The notes under the pieces are model-generated. The model worked only from the letters and a program-made list of their open reading frames with translations. It was not told the DNA's origin and ran no database searches. The position numbers and the translations under genes are program-made. Below are positions 16,241 through 26,727 of a stretch of DNA of 32,000 nucleotides, piece after piece. Source of the DNA: Candidatus Heimdallarchaeota archaeon B3_Heim (GTDB lineage Archaea; Asgardarchaeota; Heimdallarchaeia; Hodarchaeales; Hodarchaeaceae); the NCBI GenBank assembly GCA_003144275.1, contig NJBF01000001.1, forward strand, positions 161,902-193,901, written 5' to 3'. Within the stretch, counting starts at the first letter, position 1, and every line of letters starts with the position of its first letter.

Positions 16241-16601
16241 TTCATGAAAGTGGCGAATGTAGTGAAAATGAGGCTGATTTTGGTCTGAAGAGAACTTTTA
16301 TATTTCGTTGTCAGACAAATTCAACATGTAATCCCGAGGAAAAGTATCTCTGAAAGGAAAAAATACATACATTTTCACCTTTAAGCGATTTAAAGGCAAG
16401 AATAGATGTATAAAGCTGGTAACCTACATTCTATTATTAATAAATTGATATAAAAACTCCTTAATAGAATAAGGCAACATTAATTAATACAGGATTATAT
16501 AAAACGACTATAAGGAGTGTATCTTCACTAATGACTCAAATCTTAGGATAGCAGGCACTCCGACTTTTATCTGGGTTTTAATCAACACTCTGGTTGGTGA
16601 A

Positions 16602-19600
16602 TTGAAATTGTCAATACAAAATAAACGCTTATCACCGTTTTATTCAGTTTTACTTATAGTTCCTCTCTTAATCATGTCCTCCCTTTTATTACCCTTCGTT
16701 GGTATTATTCTTCCTCAGGAGAAGCAATCAGCAGGACATTACATTACTTCTTTACGTGATCCCGACCTTGACACAAATCCACTTCCCCAATCAGGAATTT
16801 ATCGTAATAAAGATTCACAAAACTCTCCTTATTACTCAATTGCTGAAATTGAACCAAATAAAGCAATTTATTTCCCTGAAGAAACAATAAGTGTTGCTAA
16901 TCGCTTCAATAGCGCTCAAACTGGGAGTTATGCGATTGTTTCTCAAGTTATCTATCTATATCTAAATAGTAGTACAATTACAAACCTTTCCGACACCACA
17001 CATCTTATTGCAACAACGGTGACTAACGGCACACATGCAAAGGATTATCCGGCCATCTCAGACGATCAAACTTATGGAATGATAGATGTAACATTTACAA
17101 TCCCAGAAATGACAAATTTAACCAACAGATATGGTATTTCACCCGGAGATAATGTATCAATTTTTCAATACTATCCTGGAGGTAGTACAAATACAACAGC
17201 GAAAATAGAAAATGTTGTAGCTTTCGCGAAAATTGATTATTTTACTGTTAGTGGATTTTCAACACTAACCGAAGTAAATCCAGGATTCATAAATACTGCC
17301 AGTGGTGATGAGACTTTTCGTCAGGGAGAGGAGGCAAGTGTTGTTCTTAAGGCTCAATCGGGTACCACACCATTATCAGGACTTATTGTAGATGTTAAAC
17401 TCCATGATGGGACCACACATACCCTAATATCAAACGGGGGCCCTCAGGGAATTAGCTATAATCTTCTCGATATGACCACAGGATTACCCAGTACGACAAC
17501 AAATGGAAATGGTGAGCTACGTCTGAATGTTACAACTACTTATCCAACAACTCCTGAAAACAACTATTATTTTGTTCTTAACACAACAATTGATCCGCTC
17601 TCTGGATACTTCACAGAGAATTATGACGGAAGTAATGCTGTAACAAATTATGCAGACAGTCATGCTAATTTCACTATTGAGAATGAAATGGATATTGCAG
17701 TTGTTGAGCTTGTTTCTGTGAATCCTTCATCTCCGATAGCTCCGCCTAATGAAAACTATACTCTTGTTACATTTAGAGTAGATTTATTTTATGCATATTC
17801 TAGTGATATTTACCAAGTTGCAGGGATCTTTGTTAATGCAACTTTGGATTCATACCCAACAGGCGTAAATCTAAAATTTGCAGATGATTTCAATGACAAT
17901 AGCTCTGGGTGGGCGGCGACGAATGCAAGTGGAATGATTCAATTCAATATTACGGCAGGGTTTCCTATTCCCTATCAATTAAAAACTCCTACAATCACTG
18001 TAGTTGCTGATTTACAACATAATAATGCGCCAGCAGGTTCTTACCCGAGTAGTTATCCAAATAATCCCCACCGATTTATCAGAAGCACAGGAGGCATGTT
18101 AACAGTTTCTTCAGCGGGTGATACAATTAGTATCGATCCCGATTTTTGGGTTGGTTTAATCAGCTTAAATTCAATTACTTCAACAAACATTCGGCCAGGA
18201 GAGTCCACAACTCTTGTATTTGAAGTAAATACAACCTCTGCACCACTAGTTGATTTTTCAGGTGTGCCAGTAAAGATTGAATTAAACCCATCAATAGCGG
18301 GAGTGTCGTTAACATTTACTAATCCTCAAAATACTCCATACAGTATTTATGGGTATCGGTATACCAATTCAAGTGGAATGATTGAAGTAACAGTCGATAC
18401 TACCTATTTAACTACGCCAGAATTTATTCCCCCTCAATCCGTAAATCTTGACTTAACGGTCGATTTTGAGAATGATTCACAGGCTCGATGGATTGGTACA
18501 CAACATTTGGGTACAACCACTTTAGCAGAATTCAATACCACCTGGTTAACTTCACAGGATGCTAGTTTATCTATTGATCCGAACTTTACATTCTATGAAA
18601 TTATACTCGCCTCGACCAATGAATCTGGAGATACTGTGATACGTTCTGGAGATATTCTGGAAATTAATTTCCGAGTTCAATCAAAAGTAGGAGGAATTGG
18701 TCTAGCAGGAGTTGATGTGAATGTTCTTCTAGGAGGAGCATACGCAGGTGTGACTTTGCTAGGAGGATTATCTACTACCAATGGATCTGGATATGTTACT
18801 GTTAATTTATCTACAACTTATCTGATAACCCCAAAAGATCTTGACATTGTACTCAATGCCACAGCTGACTTAACTTCTGATCCTGGAGTCTGGTTAGTAG
18901 GCCAAAAGTCAACCAATCCAAGTTTTTATTCAAATAGCTCGTATTCAGACGTTGAGGAAATAATTCAAGTTGATCCACAGTACTTCTTTGGAGAAATTAC
19001 TGCTCCTCCCGCAAACAACCCCATCTCAAGGATTGGCCAAACTGATGAAATTAATATCACCTTTAGACTACATTTAAGCGGAGAAGGAACTGTATTTCCA
19101 GATATTAACGATGTAAATATCTCCATTACTGTAGATGGCAATCTCCCTGGAGATTCCAACATGACTGTTCTTCCAGGAGCAAGTTTTCAAGATTCGGTTA
19201 GTAGTTGGGTCACATTTTCCCTTCGACCAACAGAAAACACTACTGAAAAATGGTATACTGTCAACGCTACAGCGCACTTCGGAGATGCTCAGGGATTAGT
19301 GTATAATATCACCACCCATTCCTCTGTGCCATCAAGACAGTTATCAGGTGTGTGGGTTAATGGTTCTCATACAAATGATATTTCCTTCACCACATTCGCT
19401 TTTGAAGTTAAAAATGTAGATCGAATCCAAATTTCAAGTCAAGATATCTCAGACGTAACACATACAGGTGTAGATGCACCAGGTTTGAATGTCTCAACTG
19501 GATATTATGAAATATATAGAGGAACGACTTATATCAATATTTCTGGCAGTTATTACGATCCAGTTGCAACTTTAGGCCTTCCTTCTACCCCTGTAAGAAT

Positions 19601-21701
19601 TTCCTTCAATTGGACCAATCTTGCTATGCAACCACAAACTTCTACTTTAGCAAATGTCACTACAGATGGCAATGGTGAATTTTGGGCTAATATTAGTATA
19701 CCTACATCTATTCCTTTGCAAGATATTCAAATTTACGGTTGGGATCCCGCCTTTCCTACCCCTCAAGAAAATCGCAATCCAATCACAAATATTCGACTGA
19801 TGTCTCGGGTCTTTATTCCTAATCATGCGCTCATTGGATACAATGGTAATGCAATTTTTGTTGGAGAAAACGTAACTTCAGCTGGAACTGTTCGAGACGA
19901 TCAAGGGGTAATTGTTAAATCTACTCAATTTATCGGTCTAATCGAGAATATTGGTTGGGATAGTACTCAAGAAGTAGGAACTGCTATTTCTGGAAGCCTA
20001 TCTTCGGGAAGTTTTTCATTAGATTATCAAATTCCGAATGATTACGCATTAGACGTAATTGCCATTAGAGCTAATGTTATTTGGGGAGCAGGACTAGTTA
20101 ATTACAGACCTCGAATATTCCAACTCTGGGTTAACATTTATAACGAGATCAATATATCTTCGTTCGAAATTTACCTCCCTGCTAACCGTTCTACAATATC
20201 TATAGTGAACGGTAGCACGTATGATATCCCTGGGGATTTGCATCGCCAAATATATATCTCAGGGAATTTAATTGATCAAAATAATAGTGGATTGAATGGT
20301 AAAGACATTAATGAAGCCTGGAATGGCACTGGTGTCACCATTACAAGCGGGGGAGGAGGATTTTTCAATCTTAGCTATGACTTTACTGGATTTACTAATG
20401 TCACTTGGATCTGGGGTTTCTCTCATACTCTAGATAATGGAACCACACTACCCACCACTTTCATTGTAACCTTCAGCTGGATTGCCGTAGATGACACAGC
20501 ACCTTTTATTACAATTAACTCTCCCTCAACTAATCAGACTGTAGCAATAGCCAATATTTCAACAACTCTAATAGAGGTTGATATAATTGACCCAGATAAT
20601 AGTACTGGTCCTGGTTATGTTTCACTTGGGCTAAATACGAGTTCAGTTACCATCACCATTAATGGTACAAGTACCACAATGCTGAATACAGTTGGATCAT
20701 TATTCACTTATGATTGGGACACATCAAATGTAAACGACACAAAATTCTTTATCTCGATTACTGCAATGGATTATGCAGGTAATCTTAGAAATAGCTCATT
20801 TTATGTAGTTATTGATGTAATTCTCCCTACAGCAACTATTAATGTGGTATCCACCACTGTAGACACTACTGTTTACGCAGTAATGAATGAAAACGGGGAT
20901 ATATTTATTTCAGGTAATCTATCCGACTCTAGTTCCAGTACAGGTCGCAATAGTGACATAGATAGTTCCAGCATACAATTAATTATCCGACCCCAAGGTG
21001 GTGCAGCAGTTTTAACATTGAATTCAGTTGATCTCAACGCTAATTCAAATTCCTATTATTATGCCTGGAATATTTTCAATGTTACCTCAAGATTACGTGA
21101 TCCTGATTTCAAATTGGACGAACTCAATTGGGAGTTGGTCTTATCATTAACAGATTATGCGGGAAATATTTATCAAACAATAGGAACTGTAGTATTAGAA
21201 AATGAAAACCCTGGGCTTTTCCCGATTGTGGGGCCTCCCTCACAAATTAGTGAAGGCACCTTTGATCTTATGGTTTCGTATTTTGATATTAAAAGTGGAA
21301 TAAATGAAGATCTTCTAAATTTTACACTCCATGATGCTGCTGATGGTACACTTCTCCAAACCTATAATTCTAATGCTGCTGAAGTAACCTTGATAGCTGG
21401 AACAAATGCTAGTCTAACTTTGAATGCCAATGATTTGAATGATGGACAATATTATGTACGTGTAACAGTTTATGATAATGTAGGTAATTTTGCACCAGCG
21501 CAATCTTCTGATTTCAGCATTCTACACCCAATAACCACTACATCTGCCCCTCCAACTACAACAACCACATCTCCAAGTGGTCCTGGTGTATTACGCCCAA
21601 TTGACCTTATTCAGTTTCTCCTACTCGACATTATAGCCCTAGGCAGTGGAATTGGAATTGCAGTTATCTTTGAAAGAGTAAAATCTAGACGAAAAGCTTA
21701 G
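16602..21701 (+). CDS. Giant membrane-anchored surface (glyco)protein with tandem Ig-like domains, 1699 aa
   Basis: N-terminal hydrophobic signal/TM segment. Recurrent T(N/D)xxG and DxAGN/DNVGN Ig-like motifs and many N-x-S/T sequons. Thr/Pro-rich linker, C-terminal TM segment and basic tail. Confidence 0.85.
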   Translation: MKLSIQNKRLSPFYSVLLIVPLLIMSSLLLPFVGIILPQEKQSAGHYITSLRDPDLDTNPLPQSGIYRNKDSQNSPYYSIAEIEPNKAIYFPEETISVANRFNSAQTGSYAIVSQVIYLYLNSSTITNLSDTTHLIATTVTNGTHAKDYPAISDDQTYGMIDVTFTIPEMTNLTNRYGISPGDNVSIFQYYPGGSTNTTAKIENVVAFAKIDYFTVSGFSTLTEVNPGFINTASGDETFRQGEEASVVLKAQSGTTPLSGLIVDVKLHDGTTHTLISNGGPQGISYNLLDMTTGLPSTTTNGNGELRLNVTTTYPTTPENNYYFVLNTTIDPLSGYFTENYDGSNAVTNYADSHANFTIENEMDIAVVELVSVNPSSPIAPPNENYTLVTFRVDLFYAYSSDIYQVAGIFVNATLDSYPTGVNLKFADDFNDNSSGWAATNASGMIQFNITAGFPIPYQLKTPTITVVADLQHNNAPAGSYPSSYPNNPHRFIRSTGGMLTVSSAGDTISIDPDFWVGLISLNSITSTNIRPGESTTLVFEVNTTSAPLVDFSGVPVKIELNPSIAGVSLTFTNPQNTPYSIYGYRYTNSSGMIEVTVDTTYLTTPEFIPPQSVNLDLTVDFENDSQARWIGTQHLGTTTLAEFNTTWLTSQDASLSIDPNFTFYEIILASTNESGDTVIRSGDILEINFRVQSKVGGIGLAGVDVNVLLGGAYAGVTLLGGLSTTNGSGYVTVNLSTTYLITPKDLDIVLNATADLTSDPGVWLVGQKSTNPSFYSNSSYSDVEEIIQVDPQYFFGEITAPPANNPISRIGQTDEINITFRLHLSGEGTVFPDINDVNISITVDGNLPGDSNMTVLPGASFQDSVSSWVTFSLRPTENTTEKWYTVNATAHFGDAQGLVYNITTHSSVPSRQLSGVWVNGSHTNDISFTTFAFEVKNVDRIQISSQDISDVTHTGVDAPGLNVSTGYYEIYRGTTYINISGSYYDPVATLGLPSTPVRISFNWTNLAMQPQTSTLANVTTDGNGEFWANISIPTSIPLQDIQIYGWDPAFPTPQENRNPITNIRLMSRVFIPNHALIGYNGNAIFVGENVTSAGTVRDDQGVIVKSTQFIGLIENIGWDSTQEVGTAISGSLSSGSFSLDYQIPNDYALDVIAIRANVIWGAGLVNYRPRIFQLWVNIYNEINISSFEIYLPANRSTISIVNGSTYDIPGDLHRQIYISGNLIDQNNSGLNGKDINEAWNGTGVTITSGGGGFFNLSYDFTGFTNVTWIWGFSHTLDNGTTLPTTFIVTFSWIAVDDTAPFITINSPSTNQTVAIANISTTLIEVDIIDPDNSTGPGYVSLGLNTSSVTITINGTSTTMLNTVGSLFTYDWDTSNVNDTKFFISITAMDYAGNLRNSSFYVVIDVILPTATINVVSTTVDTTVYAVMNENGDIFISGNLSDSSSSTGRNSDIDSSSIQLIIRPQGGAAVLTLNSVDLNANSNSYYYAWNIFNVTSRLRDPDFKLDELNWELVLSLTDYAGNIYQTIGTVVLENENPGLFPIVGPPSQISEGTFDLMVSYFDIKSGINEDLLNFTLHDAADGTLLQTYNSNAAEVTLIAGTNASLTLNANDLNDGQYYVRVTVYDNVGNFAPAQSSDFSILHPITTTSAPPTTTTTSPSGPGVLRPIDLIQFLLLDIIALGSGIGIAVIFERVKSRRKA

Positions 21702-21852
21702 AAAAAATTGAAAATTGTAAAAATGATGATAATTGATTTCAGAACAATTATAAGAAAAAAGTATTATGAGGTAAAATCAACCTATTATTTACCAATACCA
21801 AAATAATATATCAAGATATACTTGAATCAGAACTAAATAACAAGACAAATTA

Positions 21853-22353
21853 GTGATAAGAATGAAAGGATTAAATTTCTTTGCTCAGATTGGCCCAGAA
21901 CTTTATATATTTGCTTTTGTTGTGCTAATAGTAGCTAGTGCTTTGGTTTATTACTTCCGTGAAAGAATTATAGACGCGTTAGGAATTACCGCAGCCAAAA
22001 AAACAATTTTGGAACAAGAAATCGAACAACGACTGGTACAAATTAGACAGTTAGCACGACAACAAATGTTTAAGGACGCAGCTGTACTAATGTGGCAGAC
22101 TATGACTCTTGCTTCCGAGGGCTTCCTCGGTGTAGGTCGTGCACCTAATGAATCCGCAAGACAATTAGGTGTTAAACTGATGAACAGAGGTGATCTAGAC
22201 CCTGGCGCAATAAACGCAATTATTGTTGCTTTTGAAAAAGCAAGATACGGTCAAACTCCCTTAACCAATCAAGAATTTAAGGATGGCTTATCAGGCCTGC
22301 ATCAGTTCCTCCAAATGGCTACATCACTTGGAGAAATATCCATCGCAGAATAA
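21853..22353 (+). CDS. DUF4129-like protein with N-terminal TM segment
   Basis: RAPNESARQ…AFEKARYG…LT pattern. Adjacent to DUF4350 and MoxR genes. Confidence 0.75.
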   Translation: MIRMKGLNFFAQIGPELYIFAFVVLIVASALVYYFRERIIDALGITAAKKTILEQEIEQRLVQIRQLARQQMFKDAAVLMWQTMTLASEGFLGVGRAPNESARQLGVKLMNRGDLDPGAINAIIVAFEKARYGQTPLTNQEFKDGLSGLHQFLQMATSLGEISIAE

Positions 22354-22397
22354 CAACTACGATGAACGATTAATACTTGTTTACGAAGTGAGATATC

Positions 22398-24101
22398 ATG
22401 GCTGAGATCAATAAAACAACCAGTGCTTTTATTATTCTAGCCATATTCATTTCTTATCCATTCGCATCTGCTTCCTTGTTTGGGTTTCTTTTTACGAATA
22501 ACTCGACCAATTTTTCGATTTATAATACTGGTTGGAACGGTGCTAGTACGTTTAAAGATCGTTTTATTGAGGATGGAGCACAAATTTCCACAATTGTAGG
22601 AAGTAGTAATGTCCTCAACCGATTAAACCAATCCGAATTAGGGGGCAATCAAGGGTCATTGATCATTCTCGGACCATCCGTTCATTATGATCCTACAGAA
22701 TCGCTAGCTATCTTGATGTACGCCATAAATGGCGGAAGAGTGATAATTGCTGATGATTTTGGTACAGGCAATGACATACTAAGCGTTTTGTCCATATTTT
22801 TAGGATTTATCTCAGAGGTCAACTTGACATCGATGGGATTTGGTGATTCAGGAGGTATAAGTCCTCTTGGACTGAATACAAGCACTGCCAGTCAAAATAT
22901 AACATTTCCAATAGCAGGGATTGCCTTTAATGGAAGTTTATTAGCTGATCAAGGTAGTTATGATGATACCCCACTTACACCTATCTTTCACGCTCCGAGC
23001 ACATCTCAAGAAGGAACGACCTATAAAATGCCTGCTCCTTGGGTTACTGATTTCACGGTAGGATTGAGTGGGAATGGTGTAATTGGGAACTTTGCATCGA
23101 TTATCACAATGAAAGTCCGTTACCCTGACCCCGACAAAAACGAAACAGACCCTGACGCGGCCGAATATATAACCAAATGGGTTCCGATGGGAGAATTCCC
23201 CGCGTCAGCTGCCTCTGCTTATGAAAATTTAGAATTACCTCCAGGAGTTGAGCTCCCTGATATGTCATTTAGTCTTCAAATCGCAGTATTATATAGTAGC
23301 ACACAAGCATGGTTGGAATCCGATATATCAGCAGCAAAAGCCAATGTTAACAACATTGCACCAAATCAGACCGAATGGGCAAATCCAAATGTTGGTTTCC
23401 CAGTATTTGTATACTTTCCCTTTCCATTAGGTGGTCAGATTATTTTGTGTTCAGACCCCTCAATATTCATAAATCAGTACCTAGATACGGAAAACGAGAA
23501 GTATCCAAATGCTAGCCGATATGATAACAGCGCATTCGCAGATAATGTCGTAAGAATTATGATGAATGAACGCCCAGGACAAACAATTATTTTTGATGAA
23601 GGTCATCTGGCAAATAGTCCATTCTCACCCATATTCCCCTTAAGTCTTTATCTTAAATTCTTGAATATGATAACGATGTTTCCACTGTTCGCAATTTTCT
23701 TAGTACCCATTACATTAATTTTGTCACGTAAATTTATTCCAAGAAAGACTCAAGCAAAACCATTGCTACTCACACGAGTTGAACGTTATTACGGACGAAG
23801 TTTCTTTGCTGTAAAAATGAGATGGTTTCTTGAATACAGACAATACTCAAGAGGGCTTGAACTAATTTTTAGAAGATTAAAACGAAATATTATTAAGCGT
23901 TATAGTCCTGAGGAGGATTTAACTCCTGATATTATTGCTACATACCTGATTAATGAATTTCCAGAAACTTTTTCCTTTAAAAATCTCATGGAGAACTTTT
24001 CATTAATTGAAACCATAATTGAATCACGATCATTGATAACTGAAGAGGAATTCCTCGATCATTACTTTTTCCTCAAAAATGTAGGATCAGTAATAAGCTA
24101 A
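22398..24101 (+). CDS. DUF4350-like membrane-anchored protein
   Basis: FSIYNTGWNGASTF, GGRVIIADDFGTGNDIL, SDPSIFINQ and IIFDEGH. TM segments near both ends. Confidence 0.8.
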   Translation: MAEINKTTSAFIILAIFISYPFASASLFGFLFTNNSTNFSIYNTGWNGASTFKDRFIEDGAQISTIVGSSNVLNRLNQSELGGNQGSLIILGPSVHYDPTESLAILMYAINGGRVIIADDFGTGNDILSVLSIFLGFISEVNLTSMGFGDSGGISPLGLNTSTASQNITFPIAGIAFNGSLLADQGSYDDTPLTPIFHAPSTSQEGTTYKMPAPWVTDFTVGLSGNGVIGNFASIITMKVRYPDPDKNETDPDAAEYITKWVPMGEFPASAASAYENLELPPGVELPDMSFSLQIAVLYSSTQAWLESDISAAKANVNNIAPNQTEWANPNVGFPVFVYFPFPLGGQIILCSDPSIFINQYLDTENEKYPNASRYDNSAFADNVVRIMMNERPGQTIIFDEGHLANSPFSPIFPLSLYLKFLNMITMFPLFAIFLVPITLILSRKFIPRKTQAKPLLLTRVERYYGRSFFAVKMRWFLEYRQYSRGLELIFRRLKRNIIKRYSPEEDLTPDIIATYLINEFPETFSFKNLMENFSLIETIIESRSLITEEEFLDHYFFLKNVGSVIS

Positions 24102-24138
24102 TGAGAAATAAATAATAATGCATGCTAATAGATAAGAA

Positions 24139-25206
24139 GTGGAAGAAATGAGTAATACCAGTACAAAGGGCAAGGATTTCACGAGTGATGAAATCACGCA
24201 TGAAATGCTTGATGTGAGTGATATCGCACGAGCATATCAACAAATAATGGGGGAAATCCGTAAAGTATACATTGGAAGAACTGAAATATTTGAAATGCTT
24301 TGGATAGCAATGCTGACTGGAAAGCATGTTTATTTAGAAGGGGTTCCAGGAATTGGAAAGACATATATGGCTAATACATTCTCACAATGTCTTGGTACTG
24401 ATTTCAGTCGTATCCAGTTTACTCCTGACATGCTTCCATCGGATATTGTGGGTACAAATATCTTTAATCCGAAAACAGGGACATTTAGACTGAAAAAGGG
24501 TCCAATCTTTGGTAACGTCATATTAGCTGACGAAGTAAATAGAGCACCACCTAAAACCCAATCTGCTATGCTTGAAGCAATGGGTGAAGGACAAGTTTCT
24601 ATAGAAGGAGAAACGCACAAACTCGAAATACCGTTTGTGGTCTTAGCTACATCTAACCCAGTTGAACAAGAGGGTACATATCCTTTACCAGAAGCTCAGC
24701 TTGACCGATTTATGCTCAAAGTAATAATACACCATTCATCTCCCGATGACGAATTAAGAATTATTAAATTCAAGAATGAACCTGTTCCAGCTATAATTAA
24801 ACAAGTGGTCTCACCTCAAACTATCGTAGCCATGATGGACGTAGTAAAACGAGTATACGTATCTCCTGAAATTCTAGAGATGATCCGCGATATTACAGTT
24901 TCTACACGTACAGATCCACGGTTAATTCTAGGTTGTTCTCCAAGAGGCAGTGAGAGTTTACTGCTTTCCGGAAAATCAAGAGCTGCTATTCATGGACGAG
25001 ATTTCGTGATCCCAGATGATGTTATTCTTATGATTCCGCATGTTGTACATCATCGTCTTATCCTCAAACCTGAGGCTGAACTAGAAGGAATTACCCAAGT
25101 CCGAATTTCTGAGGATGTACGGGATAATTTAACAATCCCAGTCGATCCAGTTGAAGAAGAAATGGTGTATGAAGAATACATAGAAGAAATTGCTGATGAA
25201 GATTAA
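24139..25206 (+). CDS. moxR: MoxR-family AAA+ ATPase
   Basis: Walker A GVPGIGKT, RIQFTPDMLPSD, Walker B ILADEVNRAPPKTQSAMLE and ATSNPVEQEGTYPLPEAQLDRF. Confidence 0.95.
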   Translation: MEEMSNTSTKGKDFTSDEITHEMLDVSDIARAYQQIMGEIRKVYIGRTEIFEMLWIAMLTGKHVYLEGVPGIGKTYMANTFSQCLGTDFSRIQFTPDMLPSDIVGTNIFNPKTGTFRLKKGPIFGNVILADEVNRAPPKTQSAMLEAMGEGQVSIEGETHKLEIPFVVLATSNPVEQEGTYPLPEAQLDRFMLKVIIHHSSPDDELRIIKFKNEPVPAIIKQVVSPQTIVAMMDVVKRVYVSPEILEMIRDITVSTRTDPRLILGCSPRGSESLLLSGKSRAAIHGRDFVIPDDVILMIPHVVHHRLILKPEAELEGITQVRISEDVRDNLTIPVDPVEEEMVYEEYIEEIADED

Positions 25207-25252
25207 CAAAAGATTCCCGTCAATTGAATTTGGTGAAAAGGTGTATCCTTGA

Positions 25253-26722
25253 ATGCTTTCGTCTCGCGGTGCTTTTATTGCTATTGGAGGAATCTTACTC
25301 TTATCGGTTGGACTCAGCGCGAAGGGAATTGGAACAGTTACTACTATGATTCCGATTCTCTTTAGTGGAGAGGGATTAATACAACAATCTGGCAATCAAA
25401 CAGCAAGCGGTTTGCCTGAAGGGATGGAATTTCTCGAAGCTTTTGAAATTTTAAACAGTTCTCCGATTGTAGATTACAGTATGTTTTTAGGAACTTTACT
25501 GATTCTGGCTAGTGTCATAGGATTACCATTCTTCAGAGCATCAGCAAATGCTTCATTAATACGCGTTACACGTAGGGTAGATAGAGAAAAAGCTTTTGCA
25601 GGGGAGTACGTACATGTAACAGTTAGAGTAGAAAACACTGGCGGAAAAAGAATTGATTTTCTCGAAATATATGATGCTATACCAGATATGTTTGAAATTG
25701 TTATAGGGGAGAATTTCATTATAACTCAATTAGCTGGTCATGAAACGAAAGAATTCTCATATATAATACAGGTTAGCACGAGAGGAGTATATCAGATAGG
25801 CCCTGTGAAAGTCATTATTCATGATCGATTAGGTTTCTATTTTGAAGAAGATGTGAGACACTTTTATACTGAAGTGTTATGCTATCCATCATACGAAGAT
25901 ATTCGTAGAATGGAGGCATTGAGTAAGCGAAGGCAACAAGGTAAAATGTTTGGCGCTCATAAAACGAGACAAAAAGGCATGGGTGATGATTTCCATTCTT
26001 TAGCACGTTATTATCCTGGAGCACCTTTCAAATCATTAGACTGGAAAGCCTTTAGTCGTACAGGGGAATTAATGGTACGAGAATTTGAAGCTGAAAAGAA
26101 TATACGTATCGTTCTATTTCTTGACCACAGTGGAAGTATGGGGGCTGGTATCCCAAACAATACAAAACTAGATTTTGCCATCCGATCGGTGATGCTAGTC
26201 ATGAAGATGGCTGAAGAACGACAAGATCTTTTTGGACTATTAACGTATGCTGACAGACCCACATCTTATTTACCTCCTGGGGGAAGTAAATCGATGTTTC
26301 ATCAACTTCTAGAAATACTTGCATTAGTTGAACCAGAAGGTCGTTCAGATCCTCTTGCTGCCGTTGACTATGTTATGCAAAGATTACCAAGAGCGTCATT
26401 TTATGTTTTTCTAACTGACCTTGAATCTTCTGATTCAGAGATTTTTACTGAAGCAGCTAAAAGAGCACGTTCTAGAAAAAACAGGATAACAGTAATTTCG
26501 CCTTTCGGACCATTATTCGAAACGAAACTGACCGACTTATCAACTACTGAAAGAGCCATTGCCGAGGCCATCTTTGAGGAATATTTAGGATATCGTAAAC
26601 AAGTAGAAGATAGTTTAAGAGGACTTGGGGTAGAAATCATCAATGTAGGTCCTGATGATATTCTTCCTAATGTAATAAAGACGTATATGAAAGGAAAACA
26701 AGTTGGAAAAGGTTCGGTGTAA
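25253..26722 (+). CDS. DUF58 / von Willebrand A domain protein
   Basis: N-terminal TM segments, Ig-like VRVENTG segment, FHSLARYYPG…LDWKAFSR and MIDAS-like FLDHSGS. Confidence 0.88.
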   Translation: MLSSRGAFIAIGGILLLSVGLSAKGIGTVTTMIPILFSGEGLIQQSGNQTASGLPEGMEFLEAFEILNSSPIVDYSMFLGTLLILASVIGLPFFRASANASLIRVTRRVDREKAFAGEYVHVTVRVENTGGKRIDFLEIYDAIPDMFEIVIGENFIITQLAGHETKEFSYIIQVSTRGVYQIGPVKVIIHDRLGFYFEEDVRHFYTEVLCYPSYEDIRRMEALSKRRQQGKMFGAHKTRQKGMGDDFHSLARYYPGAPFKSLDWKAFSRTGELMVREFEAEKNIRIVLFLDHSGSMGAGIPNNTKLDFAIRSVMLVMKMAEERQDLFGLLTYADRPTSYLPPGGSKSMFHQLLEILALVEPEGRSDPLAAVDYVMQRLPRASFYVFLTDLESSDSEIFTEAAKRARSRKNRITVISPFGPLFETKLTDLSTTERAIAEAIFEEYLGYRKQVEDSLRGLGVEIINVGPDDILPNVIKTYMKGKQVGKGSV

Positions 26723-26727
26723 TCAAA

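Larger units (their letters stand above)
14911..16319 (-). mobile_element. Non-autonomous tnpB-only insertion element
   Basis: Higher-GC block with a single tnpB. Ends carry TTTGTCAGACAAC (14917-14929) and GTTGTCAGACAAA (16307-16319). Flanked by the direct repeat TTCAACATG (14902-14910, 16320-16328). Confidence 0.75.

Noticed and set aside
14918-16288. Plus-strand ORFs 14918..15286 and 16010..16288 as a possible transposase (tnpA)
   Set aside because: They are antisense to tnpB and have no HUH, serine-recombinase or DDE motifs.
21723-21729. Isolated ATGATGA with CAGA 10 nt downstream
   Set aside because: No convincing C'/D pair or terminal stem, and the guide would be almost all A/T.
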